A DNA stretch of 63,993 nucleotides, counting the filler, from Aduncisulcus paluster (Eukaryota): assembly GCA_024181965.1 (NCBI GenBank). It is 11 parts of 11 records of this genome, joined end to end, with 100 filler letters (N's around TTAATTAATTAA, not from the genome) between each part and the next. Parts side by side here need not be neighbours in the genome. Positions count along the whole stretch, not along the records: positions 1 to 5,992 come from BQXS01000152.1; positions 6,093 to 18,467 come from BQXS01000154.1; 9 more parts are not named here. One strand, given 5' to 3'. The position numbers were made by a program, and so were the translations under genes. Positions within the stretch are counted from its first letter, which is position 1. Every line of letters starts with the position of its first letter. Shown one piece after another: positions 1-10,746 of the stretch. The notes under the pieces are model-generated. The model was not told the DNA's origin and made no database searches. It was given only the letters and a program-made list of their open reading frames with translations.

Positions 1-3000
1 CTCGTTAATTACGGTTATATCAATCCTTTTGAACTAGATAAGCTCAATTTGTTTCACTCATATGATAAAGAATCTTCTTCCATATCTTCACCCAAGATAA
101 AAATCCCGTCAAAATCGAGAGAACTTGGAAATGGAATCAACATTGATCTTGATTTCACTTCTCCCTCCTCCTCATTCTCTTCTCCATCATCTCTCTCATC
201 CCTTCCCCGTTTCTGCTTCTTCGATCCGTCCTCACCACCGATTCCCTCCATGCTTTCTGCTCCCTCACCCACCCTAGGTCTCTATGACACCTCCCATCCC
301 CGTTCCTCATCCGGTTCCTTCTTCTCCCATCCCTTGCCCCCATCCGTGGAATCACTTCCTATCCGATATTCCTATCCTTGGGTCCGCCTGTGCGTGTATG
401 ATTTTGTGTGTGGGGGTGACGAACTTCGTAAAGCTGGTCAAAGACGTCGAGGAGACAAGAGTCTTGATGAAACAGATATTACCCTCAAATCAAAACATTC
501 TTCTTCCGTTTCATCATCCGTCACTTCAGTATCTCCCGCGCCTTCTCGTTCAGAATCAAATAATCTTACTCTCCATTGTGTTGGAGGTATGTTTGGCATT
601 GCTGAATCAGATTTTAATATGGAATCCCTGATAAAAAACTCTCTTAAAGAATATCCACATCTTAACAAACGAGTAACAAACCGCGCTGACAATGTTTCTG
701 TGGCTGACATTAGTCATTTGTATCCATCAACTTCAAACTATCTTTCACTTGGACATTGTGCCACTGGTCTTTCCACATTCAAGCTTTTCATCCCCCTCTC
801 CTCTCTCCCTCGTGGTGTGTCTCCTCAGTTGCTGCACACCTGTGTGTGTACAATGAGTGTTCTCGGGTATGGGGATTCTTTCTATTCATTCGATCCCACC
901 CCAACTTCCGGGAGAATGGGGAAAGCGAGGGATCGTAAGAAGCGAGGTGAAGTGTCTCCCTTTTCAATCCCCGTTGCCCTCTTGGGGACTCGTATCCTCA
1001 AGTCAAAAGATATTTCTGGAAATCTGTCCTCTTCTTTCATTCGTCCCAATCTTTCTGAAGATGCCTCCAAGAAAAAGAAGTTTGTCACGAAGCTGAATGC
1101 CTTCACTGCCGATTTCAAGTCAGTGCATTCTGTGAATAAGACCTCCCTAACATGGAAGAGTGAGAATGAATACGATCGGTCTGGAATGGATATTATGTCC
1201 TTGTTGTCCAAATATCAGTCAAGTGGAATATGTGAATTATCAGTGGCAACTCTTAATATTCACAGATATTCATTATGCAAACATAGGAAACACATGGAAG
1301 CAGAGAGAATGAAGCAAGTTTCGATACTAAAGAAGAGAGCAGGAGATGGATTTGATCCTTCAAGCCATTCGAAGGGTTCAGAGTGGGCACACCTTGCGTA
1401 TGTCAAACATTCTCATTCAATGTTTGTTTCATTATCAATCACTCGGAGTTTTATTCCATTCTCAAGAAGATTCCTCGCCTTAAAAACTATTTCGGGAGGT
1501 GAGAAAGTCTTTCACCATCTTTTCTCTCCATCTCTCTCTCCTTCTTTCACATTTAATTCTGGCCCTTGTTCTGGAAAGTTCTCTTCAATCTGTGCAAAGA
1601 GAGGTGAAAGAGCAGTCCTTTCCCATCCTGCTATGAAAGATTTAAGTCTTCTTGGTGGGAATACAGAATCGATTCAATTCTTTTTTTATGCCAAGAATAT
1701 GTTTCAATTTATTTTCCAATTTCTGCGCCAAGTTCACAATCACCTCCAAAGACAGATTGTACTCAATGTATTAGCTTCAACAATATCCCAATTCGCCACT
1801 ATCCCCCATGCAGCGACGCCTGGATCTTTTTTGATCTTCCAAGGTCCCTGTGGAACTGGAAAGACCACGACTCTTGCACTCTCCGTGTGTGCTATGACCT
1901 CAGTTTTGCATGCAACCTCCAACAAGACCATTATAATGTGTTGTGCTGCTAGTAATACAGCCACAGATGAACTCTGTGAGAAGATTGGGGATATGATGGC
2001 TCGAAACCTCATATCATCCACAAGTGACACTGGTTGGCGAGGAATTAAGAAGAAATTCACAACAAACCAGAAGGTGTTAGGAAAAGAAATCAAGATTATT
2101 CGAATTGTAGCCAGTATGAAAGACAAAGAAAATGACACTTCTGAGCCACATGGCATTGAGTCTGAACCATATTATTACAGATATTCCAAAAAGAATCCCA
2201 ATATTGCATATGTCGAACACCAATATGCAAAGACTATTCTTAAGGAATTCGAAGTTGATGTCGTGTGCACCACCTTGATGTCTTCTGCCCATCCTTCCCT
2301 TGAGTTCCTTGAGAGTCGAGTTGGTATTGTATGCATTGATGAGGCCCCTCAATCTCTTGAACCAGATATTCTGATTCCCATCGTGAAATATGATCCTAGG
2401 CTTGTGATTTGCAGTGGAGATCACCATCAGCTTGGACCTATTTTTGCTGATAACAATGAAAAAATTGTAAAACATACCCAATGTAACGTCTCCATCTTTG
2501 AGAGACTGTTTAACATAACCAATTGTGTTGTTCTCAGGACTCAACATCGGTTTAATTCTGATATATGTAACATTGTCAGTGAGTTGTTTTATTCCCAAAC
2601 TCCCTTACTCCGTGGCAAAGATGTGGGCGATACTGTTCCGCTTTTGTTATGTGGAAGTGCCCATGGAACAGGTCCGAATCGAGTGACATTGTTCCAATAT
2701 CTCACCGGTCATGGAATGAATTTACAGATGCCTCGGGCACTGTGTTACCTCCCCCCCTGTGAATTGATTAACGTGGACGGAAAAGAGGAAAGGAAAGGAA
2801 GCGATCCGTCATATTATAACAAGAAAGAAGCTCAAACTGTTATCGATTTGCTCCTATTGATCATTGAACAAATTATTATTTCCATGCATGATGCTATGTT
2901 CTGCAGATATATTAATATGGCAAAGATGTGCAAAAAGAAGAAGCAAAAAGGAATTCATTTCGCAATTGTTCAAGCTTCTAAACTTCACTCCTCTTCTTCC

Positions 3001-3771
3001 TCATCCAGAATTCACTCATCTGCCATGTCTTCAATACACAAGGATGGACGTGAAAGATTGGAAGATATTCCTCTCAATATGGTTGATAAAGAAGCCTTTG
3101 TAAGGAAAGAATCCGATGGAACCCTTATAAAAATGTTGAAAGATTTCTTTCCGACTATCGGTGTAATTACATTTTATCAGGGGCAAGTGAAGGAATTACG
3201 ACAACTATATAAAGATGTGATTATTCCTCACGTTCAGGATCTATTTATGGCACTATTCCAACTATATATTCCTCTTGGTCATCCAAAATCGGAGACAATA
3301 TTTTCTTCATCTTTCCTCAAATTACCAAGAAATTTCCTATCGATCTTGAAGACTGGCGTAATCATGAAACAGACATTTTCTCATGGATCCAAAGTGGACA
3401 ACCATCCTATTTTCAAACGACCTTTCCCTTCAAGAATATGGACTGGATCGAAAGCTCTATCACATGCCCTCCACCGAGCTTTATTCTCAAAAATTAAAAT
3501 TAGCACAGTTGACGCATTTCAAGGTAGTGAGCGTGATATCGTATTGCTATCCACTGTTAGAACAAACTCCGAGGGATTCCTTGGGGAGTGGAGAAGAATT
3601 AACGTCGGCATTTCTCGAGCCAGACATTCCTTGTTGATTGTGGGAAATAAGCGTGCGTATGGGAAAATGAATGAAATGAAGAAAATTGCAAAGTGGTTCC
3701 AAAGATATGAAAAAGAAAAAGGAAAGATGGATGTAATGGCTAGATTACTCATGGAAACTTCAAGGAAATAG
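1..3771 (+). CDS. UPF1/DNA2/NAM7-like superfamily-1 helicase, 5'-partial (frame open from base 1)
   Basis: Walker A QGPCGTGKTTT, motif Ia CAASNTATDEL, II CIDEAPQ, III SGDHHQLGP, LRTQHRF, V STVDAFQGSERDIV, VI RRINVGISRAR. Long Ser-rich N-terminus; no stop upstream of the TTG at 49. Confidence 0.9.
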   Translation, partial: LVNYGYINPFELDKLNLFHSYDKESSSISSPKIKIPSKSRELGNGINIDLDFTSPSSSFSSPSSLSSLPRFCFFDPSSPPIPSMLSAPSPTLGLYDTSHPRSSSGSFFSHPLPPSVESLPIRYSYPWVRLCVYDFVCGGDELRKAGQRRRGDKSLDETDITLKSKHSSSVSSSVTSVSPAPSRSESNNLTLHCVGGMFGIAESDFNMESLIKNSLKEYPHLNKRVTNRADNVSVADISHLYPSTSNYLSLGHCATGLSTFKLFIPLSSLPRGVSPQLLHTCVCTMSVLGYGDSFYSFDPTPTSGRMGKARDRKKRGEVSPFSIPVALLGTRILKSKDISGNLSSSFIRPNLSEDASKKKKFVTKLNAFTADFKSVHSVNKTSLTWKSENEYDRSGMDIMSLLSKYQSSGICELSVATLNIHRYSLCKHRKHMEAERMKQVSILKKRAGDGFDPSSHSKGSEWAHLAYVKHSHSMFVSLSITRSFIPFSRRFLALKTISGGEKVFHHLFSPSLSPSFTFNSGPCSGKFSSICAKRGERAVLSHPAMKDLSLLGGNTESIQFFFYAKNMFQFIFQFLRQVHNHLQRQIVLNVLASTISQFATIPHAATPGSFLIFQGPCGTGKTTTLALSVCAMTSVLHATSNKTIIMCCAASNTATDELCEKIGDMMARNLISSTSDTGWRGIKKKFTTNQKVLGKEIKIIRIVASMKDKENDTSEPHGIESEPYYYRYSKKNPNIAYVEHQYAKTILKEFEVDVVCTTLMSSAHPSLEFLESRVGIVCIDEAPQSLEPDILIPIVKYDPRLVICSGDHHQLGPIFADNNEKIVKHTQCNVSIFERLFNITNCVVLRTQHRFNSDICNIVSELFYSQTPLLRGKDVGDTVPLLLCGSAHGTGPNRVTLFQYLTGHGMNLQMPRALCYLPPCELINVDGKEERKGSDPSYYNKKEAQTVIDLLLLIIEQIIISMHDAMFCRYINMAKMCKKKKQKGIHFAIVQASKLHSSSSSSRIHSSAMSSIHKDGRERLEDIPLNMVDKEAFVRKESDGTLIKMLKDFFPTIGVITFYQGQVKELRQLYKDVIIPHVQDLFMALFQLYIPLGHPKSETIFSSSFLKLPRNFLSILKTGVIMKQTFSHGSKVDNHPIFKRPFPSRIWTGSKALSHALHRALFSKIKISTVDAFQGSERDIVLLSTVRTNSEGFLGEWRRINVGISRARHSLLIVGNKRAYGKMNEMKKIAKWFQRYEKEKGKMDVMARLLMETSRK

Positions 3772-3778
3772 ATGAATA

Positions 3779-3967
3779 TCATTTTAGATCATCTAAAGTT
3801 TGGGAATCACGAAGGATTGCCCCTGAGAAGACGAGTTTCTGCTTAGAACTGGCATATCCCTTTTCCGCTTCTATTTTCCGTTTCAGTTCTTCGATTGTGG
3901 TTGAAAAAGAAGGTACTTCAACCTTGAAAGTTTCTCCACCAACTATACAAATTGTTAGTGTTACCAT
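3779..3967 (-). CDS. Rad23/Dsk2-type ubiquitin-like domain, C-terminally truncated (possible pseudogene)
   Basis: MVTLTICIVGGETFKVEV..TIEELKRKIEAEKGYASSKQKLVFSGAILRDSQTLDDLK*. UBL fold pattern lacking the last beta strand and any GG; ATG at 3967 inside ORF 3779-4111. Confidence 0.65.
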   Translation of the reverse strand: MVTLTICIVGGETFKVEVPSFSTTIEELKRKIEAEKGYASSKQKLVFSGAILRDSQTLDDLK

Positions 3968-5240
3968 TGGATCAAGACAGCGTTTGTTCGCATTTCGTGA
4001 TTCAAAGTGGATCCAAGTCTCGATGTCAGGAAAATGGATTGGCCCACTCACGTCCAAAACATGTGATTTTTCTGCATTCCATCCTTTTTGATCATATTTA
4101 TTTTGAGACATCGCTGATGAAGATCCTTTATCGGAATCAATTTGGATTTTGATCTTTCCTCGGCATGCCGTCCATTCGATTATTCATACGATTCCCACTA
4201 GCTCTTATGAGCATCCATGGAAACATTTGAATGTAATCTCATTGATATTGCTGTCGTTTGACCACTCATATCCTCTCTGTGATTCATTCTCCATTGTTCA
4301 TGTCGACCATCGAAGGTTTGAGTTGATGTGAATATCTGATTTCTTTGCGGGGATTTATTGAGTGTGTTTTTTCTATTTGTATTAAAACAGTCCAATGAAT
4401 CGTTGGATGATTGATTTTTGAGAGTTTGTAACATTTGAATTCAGGAAATATATTTAATATATATATAAATATTTTTTTTTTCACTAGTCATTTTATTAAT
4501 TTAAATACAATATAATAACCTGGATTTAACCTATATGATCTGAGATACCAATTTGTGACTAATTTGTGAGTCAAGCTGATTTCTAGAATTGGAATTTAGA
4601 TAAAGCCTAATAATGGGAAAATTAACATTAAATTATTATCAATTTCATCAATAAACTCCAAAACAGAATAAAGAAAATCATCCTATTGATAATGGAAAAC
4701 GTTTTCAATGAATCTCAACAAAAAAGAGAAACCAAAAATGGACAAAGAAAAAAAAAAAAAAAATAAAATAAACAATCGTATGTTACAGTGTGACTTTCTG
4801 GAGACAAAACAGTGACCCATCATCAGATCGGCAAGACCCATCCTTCCAACACATTAAATTGCATGCACACTGATTGATATTCATGGACACAGCGAGATAA
4901 TTATCTTCAGAACTGTAATAAAACTCCTCCTCAACGAAGGTACAGGCAAATATATATCCAAATGGAACATTTAAAAACCACCCAAAGTTTTGCTCGAAAT
5001 AATTGGATATAAACGGTTGAAGATAACCACAAGCTGTTATAGAAATACATTGAAATATGCAAAGTGAAAAGGTGTGTGTGCTAGAATCTTTCTTCCTTTC
5101 TCCAAATGTATAATCTGTCTTTTGTATTACTGTTTCGGTCACTGTTTAATATAGTAATAAAACAACCGTTCATGAAGTAAAACGTAGATTTGAATATAGA
5201 TCTAAGTTATCGATGGTTGTATTGCCACCAGATGAGAAGT

Positions 5241-5300
5241 ATACTGTACTATACAATACTATACTGTACTGTACTGTACTGTACTGTACTGTACTGTACA
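5241..5300. repeat. (TACTG)n pentanucleotide microsatellite
   Basis: atactgtact atacaatact atactgtact gtactgtact gtactgtact gtactgtaca. Confidence 0.9.
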
Positions 5301-5312
5301 CGAGAATACGAC

Positions 5313-5393
5313 CTTGCTATGAGCTTGGACACGGTTACCATCTGAGTATCATATGAGGTATTTACACGGTATGGAATACCCCATATGATCCAT
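5313..5393 (+). pseudogene. Tiny Ty3/gypsy integrase relic
   Basis: One frame reads LAMSLDTVTI*VSYEVFTRYGIPHMIH, resembling FSVDTIGP and IIARYGVPKCITTD of the integrase at 15713-16852, with the intervening residues missing. Confidence 0.35.
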
Positions 5394-5494
5394 TTGCCGT
5401 AGTTCTACTACAAAGTCCAGAGAAGTTCCACAGCCAAACCCTGATCATAAAATTCATCATATTAGTTAAATAATAAAATAAATACATGTTTTAA

Positions 5495-5965
5495 TCATGA
5501 AATATCCCAAATTTCAGAATATTCTTTTTCTAATCGGAATAATTCAGCATTTTTTATAAGTTGAAATCTTTTCTTCCACTTCACCAGATCACTTTCTATA
5601 ATTTTTACGCCCCTTTTTGAGGTTAAAATAGATATACCAATCATATCACACCATCTAGCCCCCAAAGATGAATCAACACAAGTGATTTCACACGATATAA
5701 CATCACAAATATTTACAAATAGTTGATACATTTCAAACAAAAGCCCAGATGGAGAATCCAGCAGATATTCAATGGTGAATTCTTCGCCACATTCAGTAAT
5801 AAAACGAATAGAGAGACACCTGGGAGGATTTGAACTCTCTGTCTGCACTGAACACTTCAAACTTTCAATATCAGAAACATGTTCCATTGAAATAAATAGG
5901 GAGAAAAAAGAGAAAGATACGTGACTGTCCATCAATTCGTTTGAAAATATACTATTGGCAAACAT
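5495..5965 (-). CDS. Hypothetical protein, lineage-specific beta-rich domain (probably 5'-partial at the contig end)
   Basis: 156-aa ORF. PPRCLSIRFITECGEEFTIEY...YQLFVNICDVISCEIT parallels the relic at 55792-56120. Confidence 0.5.
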   Translation of the reverse strand: MFANSIFSNELMDSHVSFSFFSLFISMEHVSDIESLKCSVQTESSNPPRCLSIRFITECGEEFTIEYLLDSPSGLLFEMYQLFVNICDVISCEITCVDSSLGARWCDMIGISILTSKRGVKIIESDLVKWKKRFQLIKNAELFRLEKEYSEIWDIS

Positions 5966-5992
5966 ACTCCTACCTTGATCGATTGAATAAGG

Positions 5993-6092
5993 NNNNNNNN
6001 NNNNNNNNNNNNNNNNNNNNNNNNNNNNNNNNNNNNTTAATTAATTAANNNNNNNNNNNNNNNNNNNNNNNNNNNNNNNNNNNNNNNNNNNN
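5993..6092. other. Artificial contig linker (N44-TTAATTAATTAA-N44)
   Basis: The spacer has stops in all six frames. The same linker occurs at 18468-18567, 20724-20823, 22489-22588, 24300-24399, 26150-26249, 34124-34223, 50791-50890, 52456-52555 and 62628-62727. Confidence 0.99.
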
Positions 6093-6139
6093 AATTAGCA
6101 GAAAATTTAATCAAAGAGCTGAATCTTTTTGCCCTATCA

Positions 6140-6559
6140 ATGCCACAGAAAAGTGATGACATTATTTTCTCAGCAGGAAAGCATGTAAGTCAATATTTAG
6201 AAAAAAAACCTGCTTTGCTTAAAAAAAAGAAAGAATTAGAGCGCTCATTTACTTCAAAACAAAGTCATTTGGATTCTCTTATCTGGAAAACCAAGAAACT
6301 TGAAAAATCCATTTTGCAATACAACGATGATGCCTTGAGAAAAGAATATTCATTAAAAGTCGAAATAAGGAAAGCTGAAAGAATATTAGCCTTAAAGCAG
6401 CAGAAAAATAGAATTTTAGAGCGAGAATTGGCTCAACATTTATCATATTCAAGGAAACCTCTTATAGATACTCTCAGAGGTCCAAATCCTCTTTCAGAAA
6501 TAATACCGAGTGAATTTAAAGACAATTTATTAGGTGTTTCGTTCAAAAAAACCAAATAG
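6140..6559 (+). CDS. Hypothetical basic coiled-coil protein
   Basis: 139-aa ATG ORF rich in K/E/L heptads; no recognisable motif. Confidence 0.55.
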   Translation: MPQKSDDIIFSAGKHVSQYLEKKPALLKKKKELERSFTSKQSHLDSLIWKTKKLEKSILQYNDDALRKEYSLKVEIRKAERILALKQQKNRILERELAQHLSYSRKPLIDTLRGPNPLSEIIPSEFKDNLLGVSFKKTK

Positions 6560-7161
6560 CAAGGCGATTAACATCACACACACAATCGAATTTTTTTTGT
6601 TACATATTGATATTATTTCGAAGCGATTGACGACAAATGAATTTTTGCTGCTAATTTCTAACTGAAATATCAACTCCCAAACATCGAAATATGATGTTTT
6701 ATGCCCTTTCTTGAGATGGGTTTTTTATCAATGAGAATAAGGGTATAAAACACGATAAAAGATCGAGTTCCGTATCAAAAACATCTTGTGGAGCAAATGG
6801 CATGTTTTTATTGATTTGATTCCCCTCTTAATACTGTACATTCATAACATCTTCATTGTACAACGTCTTAAGGATATTTTTCCAAATAATTCCCAATATT
6901 CCTGGAATATTACGATAAAAACGGAGCATAAATCCATTACAACTCCATGTCCATGCCATTATTCTCCATCTAATGCTTGTTGTTGTTTGTAAATGATATC
7001 GTTTGTTATTTGCCATACTACTCCCTAAAATATTGCTACAAATATAAAACACTCAACTTTTTGGTTCTGTTCGTTGCTCCTGGTTTCCACCCATTGTCTC
7101 TGAAAGTAATTGACAAATTGACATAACTGCTCCTCGCTTAACTCATTTGAATCTCGAATAA

Positions 7162-7825
7162 CACATCAATAACGTCAATAACATCAATGCTATTCCCCAA
7201 TCTGTGTGTCACATCATCTTATTCTTGGATGATGATTCTTGATTCGTGATCTTCCCTTTGTTTTGCCGAATCCAAGCTTTTCCCTTCTCTCTCTCTCTCT
7301 CTGAACAGTTCAAACAACATAAGAAGAGAACTTGATCTGCCCAATGAAATTGATTCTTTTATTTTCTGCCAATCTATGTAGTAAATTTCCCCCCTTTTCC
7401 CCCCATCCGTGGGGGTCCCCCCTGTACGGTGGTTGCACTGTACATTTCTTTAATATATTTTTTTCCCAAAAAAACAAACAAAANNNNNNNNNNNNNNNNN
7501 NNNCACATCAATAACGTCAATAACATCAATGCTATTCCCCAATCTGTGTGTCACATCATCTTATTCTTGGATGATGATTCTTGATTCGTGATCTTCCCTT
7601 TGTTTTGCCGAATCCAAGCTTTTCCCTTCTCTCTCTCTCTCTCTGAACAGTTCAAACAACATAAGAAGAGAACTTGATCTGCCCAATGAAATTGATTCTT
7701 TTATTTTCTGCCAATCTATGTAGTAAATTTCCCCCCTTTTCCCCCCATCCGTGGGGGTCCCCCCTGTACGGTGGTTGCACTGTACATTTCTTTAATATAT
7801 TTTTTTCCCAAAAAAACAAACAAAA
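7162..7825. repeat. Assembly-artefact duplication across a 20-N gap (7162-7483 = 7504-7825)
   Basis: Identical 322-bp sequence on each side of the gap at 7484-7503. Confidence 0.9.
7387..7442 (-). mobile_element. Possible single Tc1/pogo-type terminal inverted repeat
   Basis: Minus strand reads TA|CAGTGCAACCACCGTACAGGGGGGACCCCC, a TA target plus CAGTG start. GC-rich island in AT-rich DNA; partner end not found. Confidence 0.3.
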
Positions 7826-8211
7826 ACAAAAAAAAAAAAATACAAACTTTCCACCGGCGGTGGCTGAGAAAAGTGGGGGAACCTCTACCAAAAAAAAAAA
7901 AAATATTTAGTTTTTTTACTCGGCCATATTGACCTAAAGAGTTTTGCGCTTCTATAAATTCGGTCAGCGTGTGACACAATTCTTCTATCACATCAAATTT
8001 CTCCCTCAGCGTCTATCGTTGATTAAATTGAAATTTACCCCTTTTATTATTTATTTAGCAGATAATCCTTTGAAGAAATCATTAATCTTATTTTATTACT
8101 AACCGATTTGTTTGACTCCGACACAGAGTGAGACATAAACTCGGTTTTGTTAGCCATTTTGTTTCTCTTTTTCCTTGAATTCCTTTTTTATTTCAATTGA
8201 AAAAGAAATAT

Positions 8212-10182
8212 ATGAGTAATCCTTATCAAACAACACAGCCTGATATCGACGAAGATGATATTTACGTCTATGGGACAGAACCGGCCCAATATCCTCATCC
8301 AATCGACAATCCGACTCCCGATCCCCCCATTATCCAACCACCAGTCCAAGGTGGTGTCCAATACCCGACTGATCCTGGTGTGATGCAACAACCAATGATG
8401 CAACCTGTTATGCAACCAATGATGCAACCAATGATGCAGCCCCATGTCTCTAATCCATATGGTGTCCCCACTTCTGGTGATATTCAACTCCAGACAGGTG
8501 TCCCTGGTCTTCTCGATGACACTGAAGTACCTATTGTACCCCCAACAGAGGATATTATTCAAGAAGGAGCTGAATTAGAAGAAACCCCGAAGAAAAAGAG
8601 CCACAAGAAATGTTGTTGCATTACTTGGATTATAATTGCTCTCCTTGTCATTATTTGTATCGTTTTATGTTGTATTTTCTGCGTTAGAGTCCCTCGTGTG
8701 GCTGAACCTGGATCAGTGTGGTCTATTTTTGGAATGGTTCCCGTTGCCGACGCTAGCATCTATTTTTACTCCTTCCCCGACACAATCACTGATTCTATGA
8801 GGGTTTTCACTGATAGTATCTTTACCCACAACCTCGATGATTCTGATTATTCCTACATTGGTGAAGATGGTGGAATTAATGAACACAAGTCACCTTCAGA
8901 GGGTCAATACCAAGATTTCCTTTTCAATTTCCCCGCTTCGGATGCTTACACTACTCACCGTCCTCTCCCAGGTTCCTCAGTTGTTGTCGAATCCTTTGAC
9001 TCATCTGACATTGCTCAAGGTGCAATCGGTGACTGTTGGTTCCTTTCAGCCCTTGCCAGTGTAGCCAATGATGGCACTCTTGAGTATGTCCGCCCTCGTT
9101 GGGATTCTTCTACAGGTAAAGTGGTTGGGAGTCTCTTCTTTGGTGACAAGCTGGTTGAGATCCTGACGGATGATATTCTCGCCTATTATACTAACTATAA
9201 CGATATCCAGTACTATGCTCGTTCAACAGATGATGGTGAAATGTGGGTCTCATTCCAAGAGAAAATACTGGCCAAATTAGCTGGTGGTTATGCTAATCTC
9301 GATGGAAATATCCTTGAAAGTGGATTCATGATGCTAAGACCTGGTTTCCCTATTGGTAATTACGATCTAGATTTAATTTCCGATAGCGAACACACTAAAC
9401 TCTTGAAGAATGGTATCAAACATAACGGTGCCATCACCGCTGCTATTGCCAGCATTGACGGACAAGATTACATTGATGGATTACCCACTGGACATGCCTA
9501 TTCTGTCCTTTCCATCACTGATGTCCCAGATGACATTGTAACTGGCGGTGTGACTCTTTACGAAGTCCGTAACCCTTGGGCTATGACTGAATACAATGGT
9601 CCCTACAGCGATTCTGATGATATTTGGCTCACAAATCCTCAATTGGCCCAATATATGGACTTTGAGGATAAGAATGATGGTCTATTCTACATCCAGGAGA
9701 GTGATTTCTATTCTATTTATGACGATTATGTGATTATGTCCAGTCCCAATGAATATAAACTAAGTGTCATTGCTGAAATTCCCATATCTCTTCCAGATAT
9801 TGTTGGAATTGACGTCTATTTCCCACCCTCCAATGAAGAAGTATTCTGGTTCATGAGTCTTGACTTACCACCTAAAGTTACCCCTGATATCTACTATGAC
9901 GGTGATGACACACATATTATATCATTTGGAGATGGTGCATTCGGTTATAAAATCCCTCCACACAACCAAGAAGAGTACCATTTCTTCTATTTAGCACCCA
10001 CTCAAGGTGACTATGCTGTTGGTAGAGTGGCCATGTTCAGCACAGACGAAGAATGGAGCTTTGAAATGTTCTTATGTGATGGATATACCTACAATTGTGG
10101 CTATAGCTCTCTTGAAGAGGTGAAGAAACCTTCATATATTAACAAACAAACAAAATACATTATAAAGAACCTGGACAAATAA
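8212..10182 (+). CDS. Calpain-family (C2) cysteine protease with N-terminal type II signal-anchor
   Basis: QGAIGDCWFLSALASV (Cys 9034), GHAYSV (His 9493), RNPW (Asn 9571), EKILAKLAGGYANLDG. P/Q/M-rich N-tail, then KKKSHKKCCC and a hydrophobic helix at about 8611-8685. Confidence 0.92.
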   Translation: MSNPYQTTQPDIDEDDIYVYGTEPAQYPHPIDNPTPDPPIIQPPVQGGVQYPTDPGVMQQPMMQPVMQPMMQPMMQPHVSNPYGVPTSGDIQLQTGVPGLLDDTEVPIVPPTEDIIQEGAELEETPKKKSHKKCCCITWIIIALLVIICIVLCCIFCVRVPRVAEPGSVWSIFGMVPVADASIYFYSFPDTITDSMRVFTDSIFTHNLDDSDYSYIGEDGGINEHKSPSEGQYQDFLFNFPASDAYTTHRPLPGSSVVVESFDSSDIAQGAIGDCWFLSALASVANDGTLEYVRPRWDSSTGKVVGSLFFGDKLVEILTDDILAYYTNYNDIQYYARSTDDGEMWVSFQEKILAKLAGGYANLDGNILESGFMMLRPGFPIGNYDLDLISDSEHTKLLKNGIKHNGAITAAIASIDGQDYIDGLPTGHAYSVLSITDVPDDIVTGGVTLYEVRNPWAMTEYNGPYSDSDDIWLTNPQLAQYMDFEDKNDGLFYIQESDFYSIYDDYVIMSSPNEYKLSVIAEIPISLPDIVGIDVYFPPSNEEVFWFMSLDLPPKVTPDIYYDGDDTHIISFGDGAFGYKIPPHNQEEYHFFYLAPTQGDYAVGRVAMFSTDEEWSFEMFLCDGYTYNCGYSSLEEVKKPSYINKQTKYIIKNLDK

Positions 10183-10746
10183 TTATTTTATTTTTTTAAC
10201 AATAATTTAGTAACATGTTACTATCTTTATTTAGTTGACATCAACAAACAATAGAATAATCGTTTCTGCCTGTTTTTTGTATTCGTGTCTTTTTTCGAAA
10301 TAACTTTATTGAAGATTTTATCGTTTATTTTGTTTATCTCTCTTTTTTTGCTTTGCTTTTTGCTAGCAATATCGGCTTATTATAATAATATTTCCATTTT
10401 TTTGTGAATGGAAGCGAAAAATTAATTGCACACATTCTATCGATCTTATTGAATAGTTTTGTTCAAGTTCCTTTCTAAATCTTGTAGTATTTCCTTGATG
10501 TCACGTCGGGTGAGTAAAAATAATTAAATATCTATCTATATTTACTTCTTGAGTAAGTATTTATATTTAGAACTCACTTAGAACAGAGGTCTCCATCTCA
10601 TTGAAGAATCCTTTTCTTGGGGTTTCTCTCTCTGCTACGGGAGATCTACATTTTTATTTAACATACTATATATTTTTTCTCCCAAAAAAATGACAATGTG
10701 ACAAAAACAATAAGAAAACTACAACAAACCACGATTATTCCGGATA

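Noticed and set aside
6037..6048. Recurrent TTAATTAATTAA palindrome as a biological motif
   Set aside because: It is always centred in N runs, so it is an artificial six-frame-stop linker. Genes on different contigs are not neighbours.
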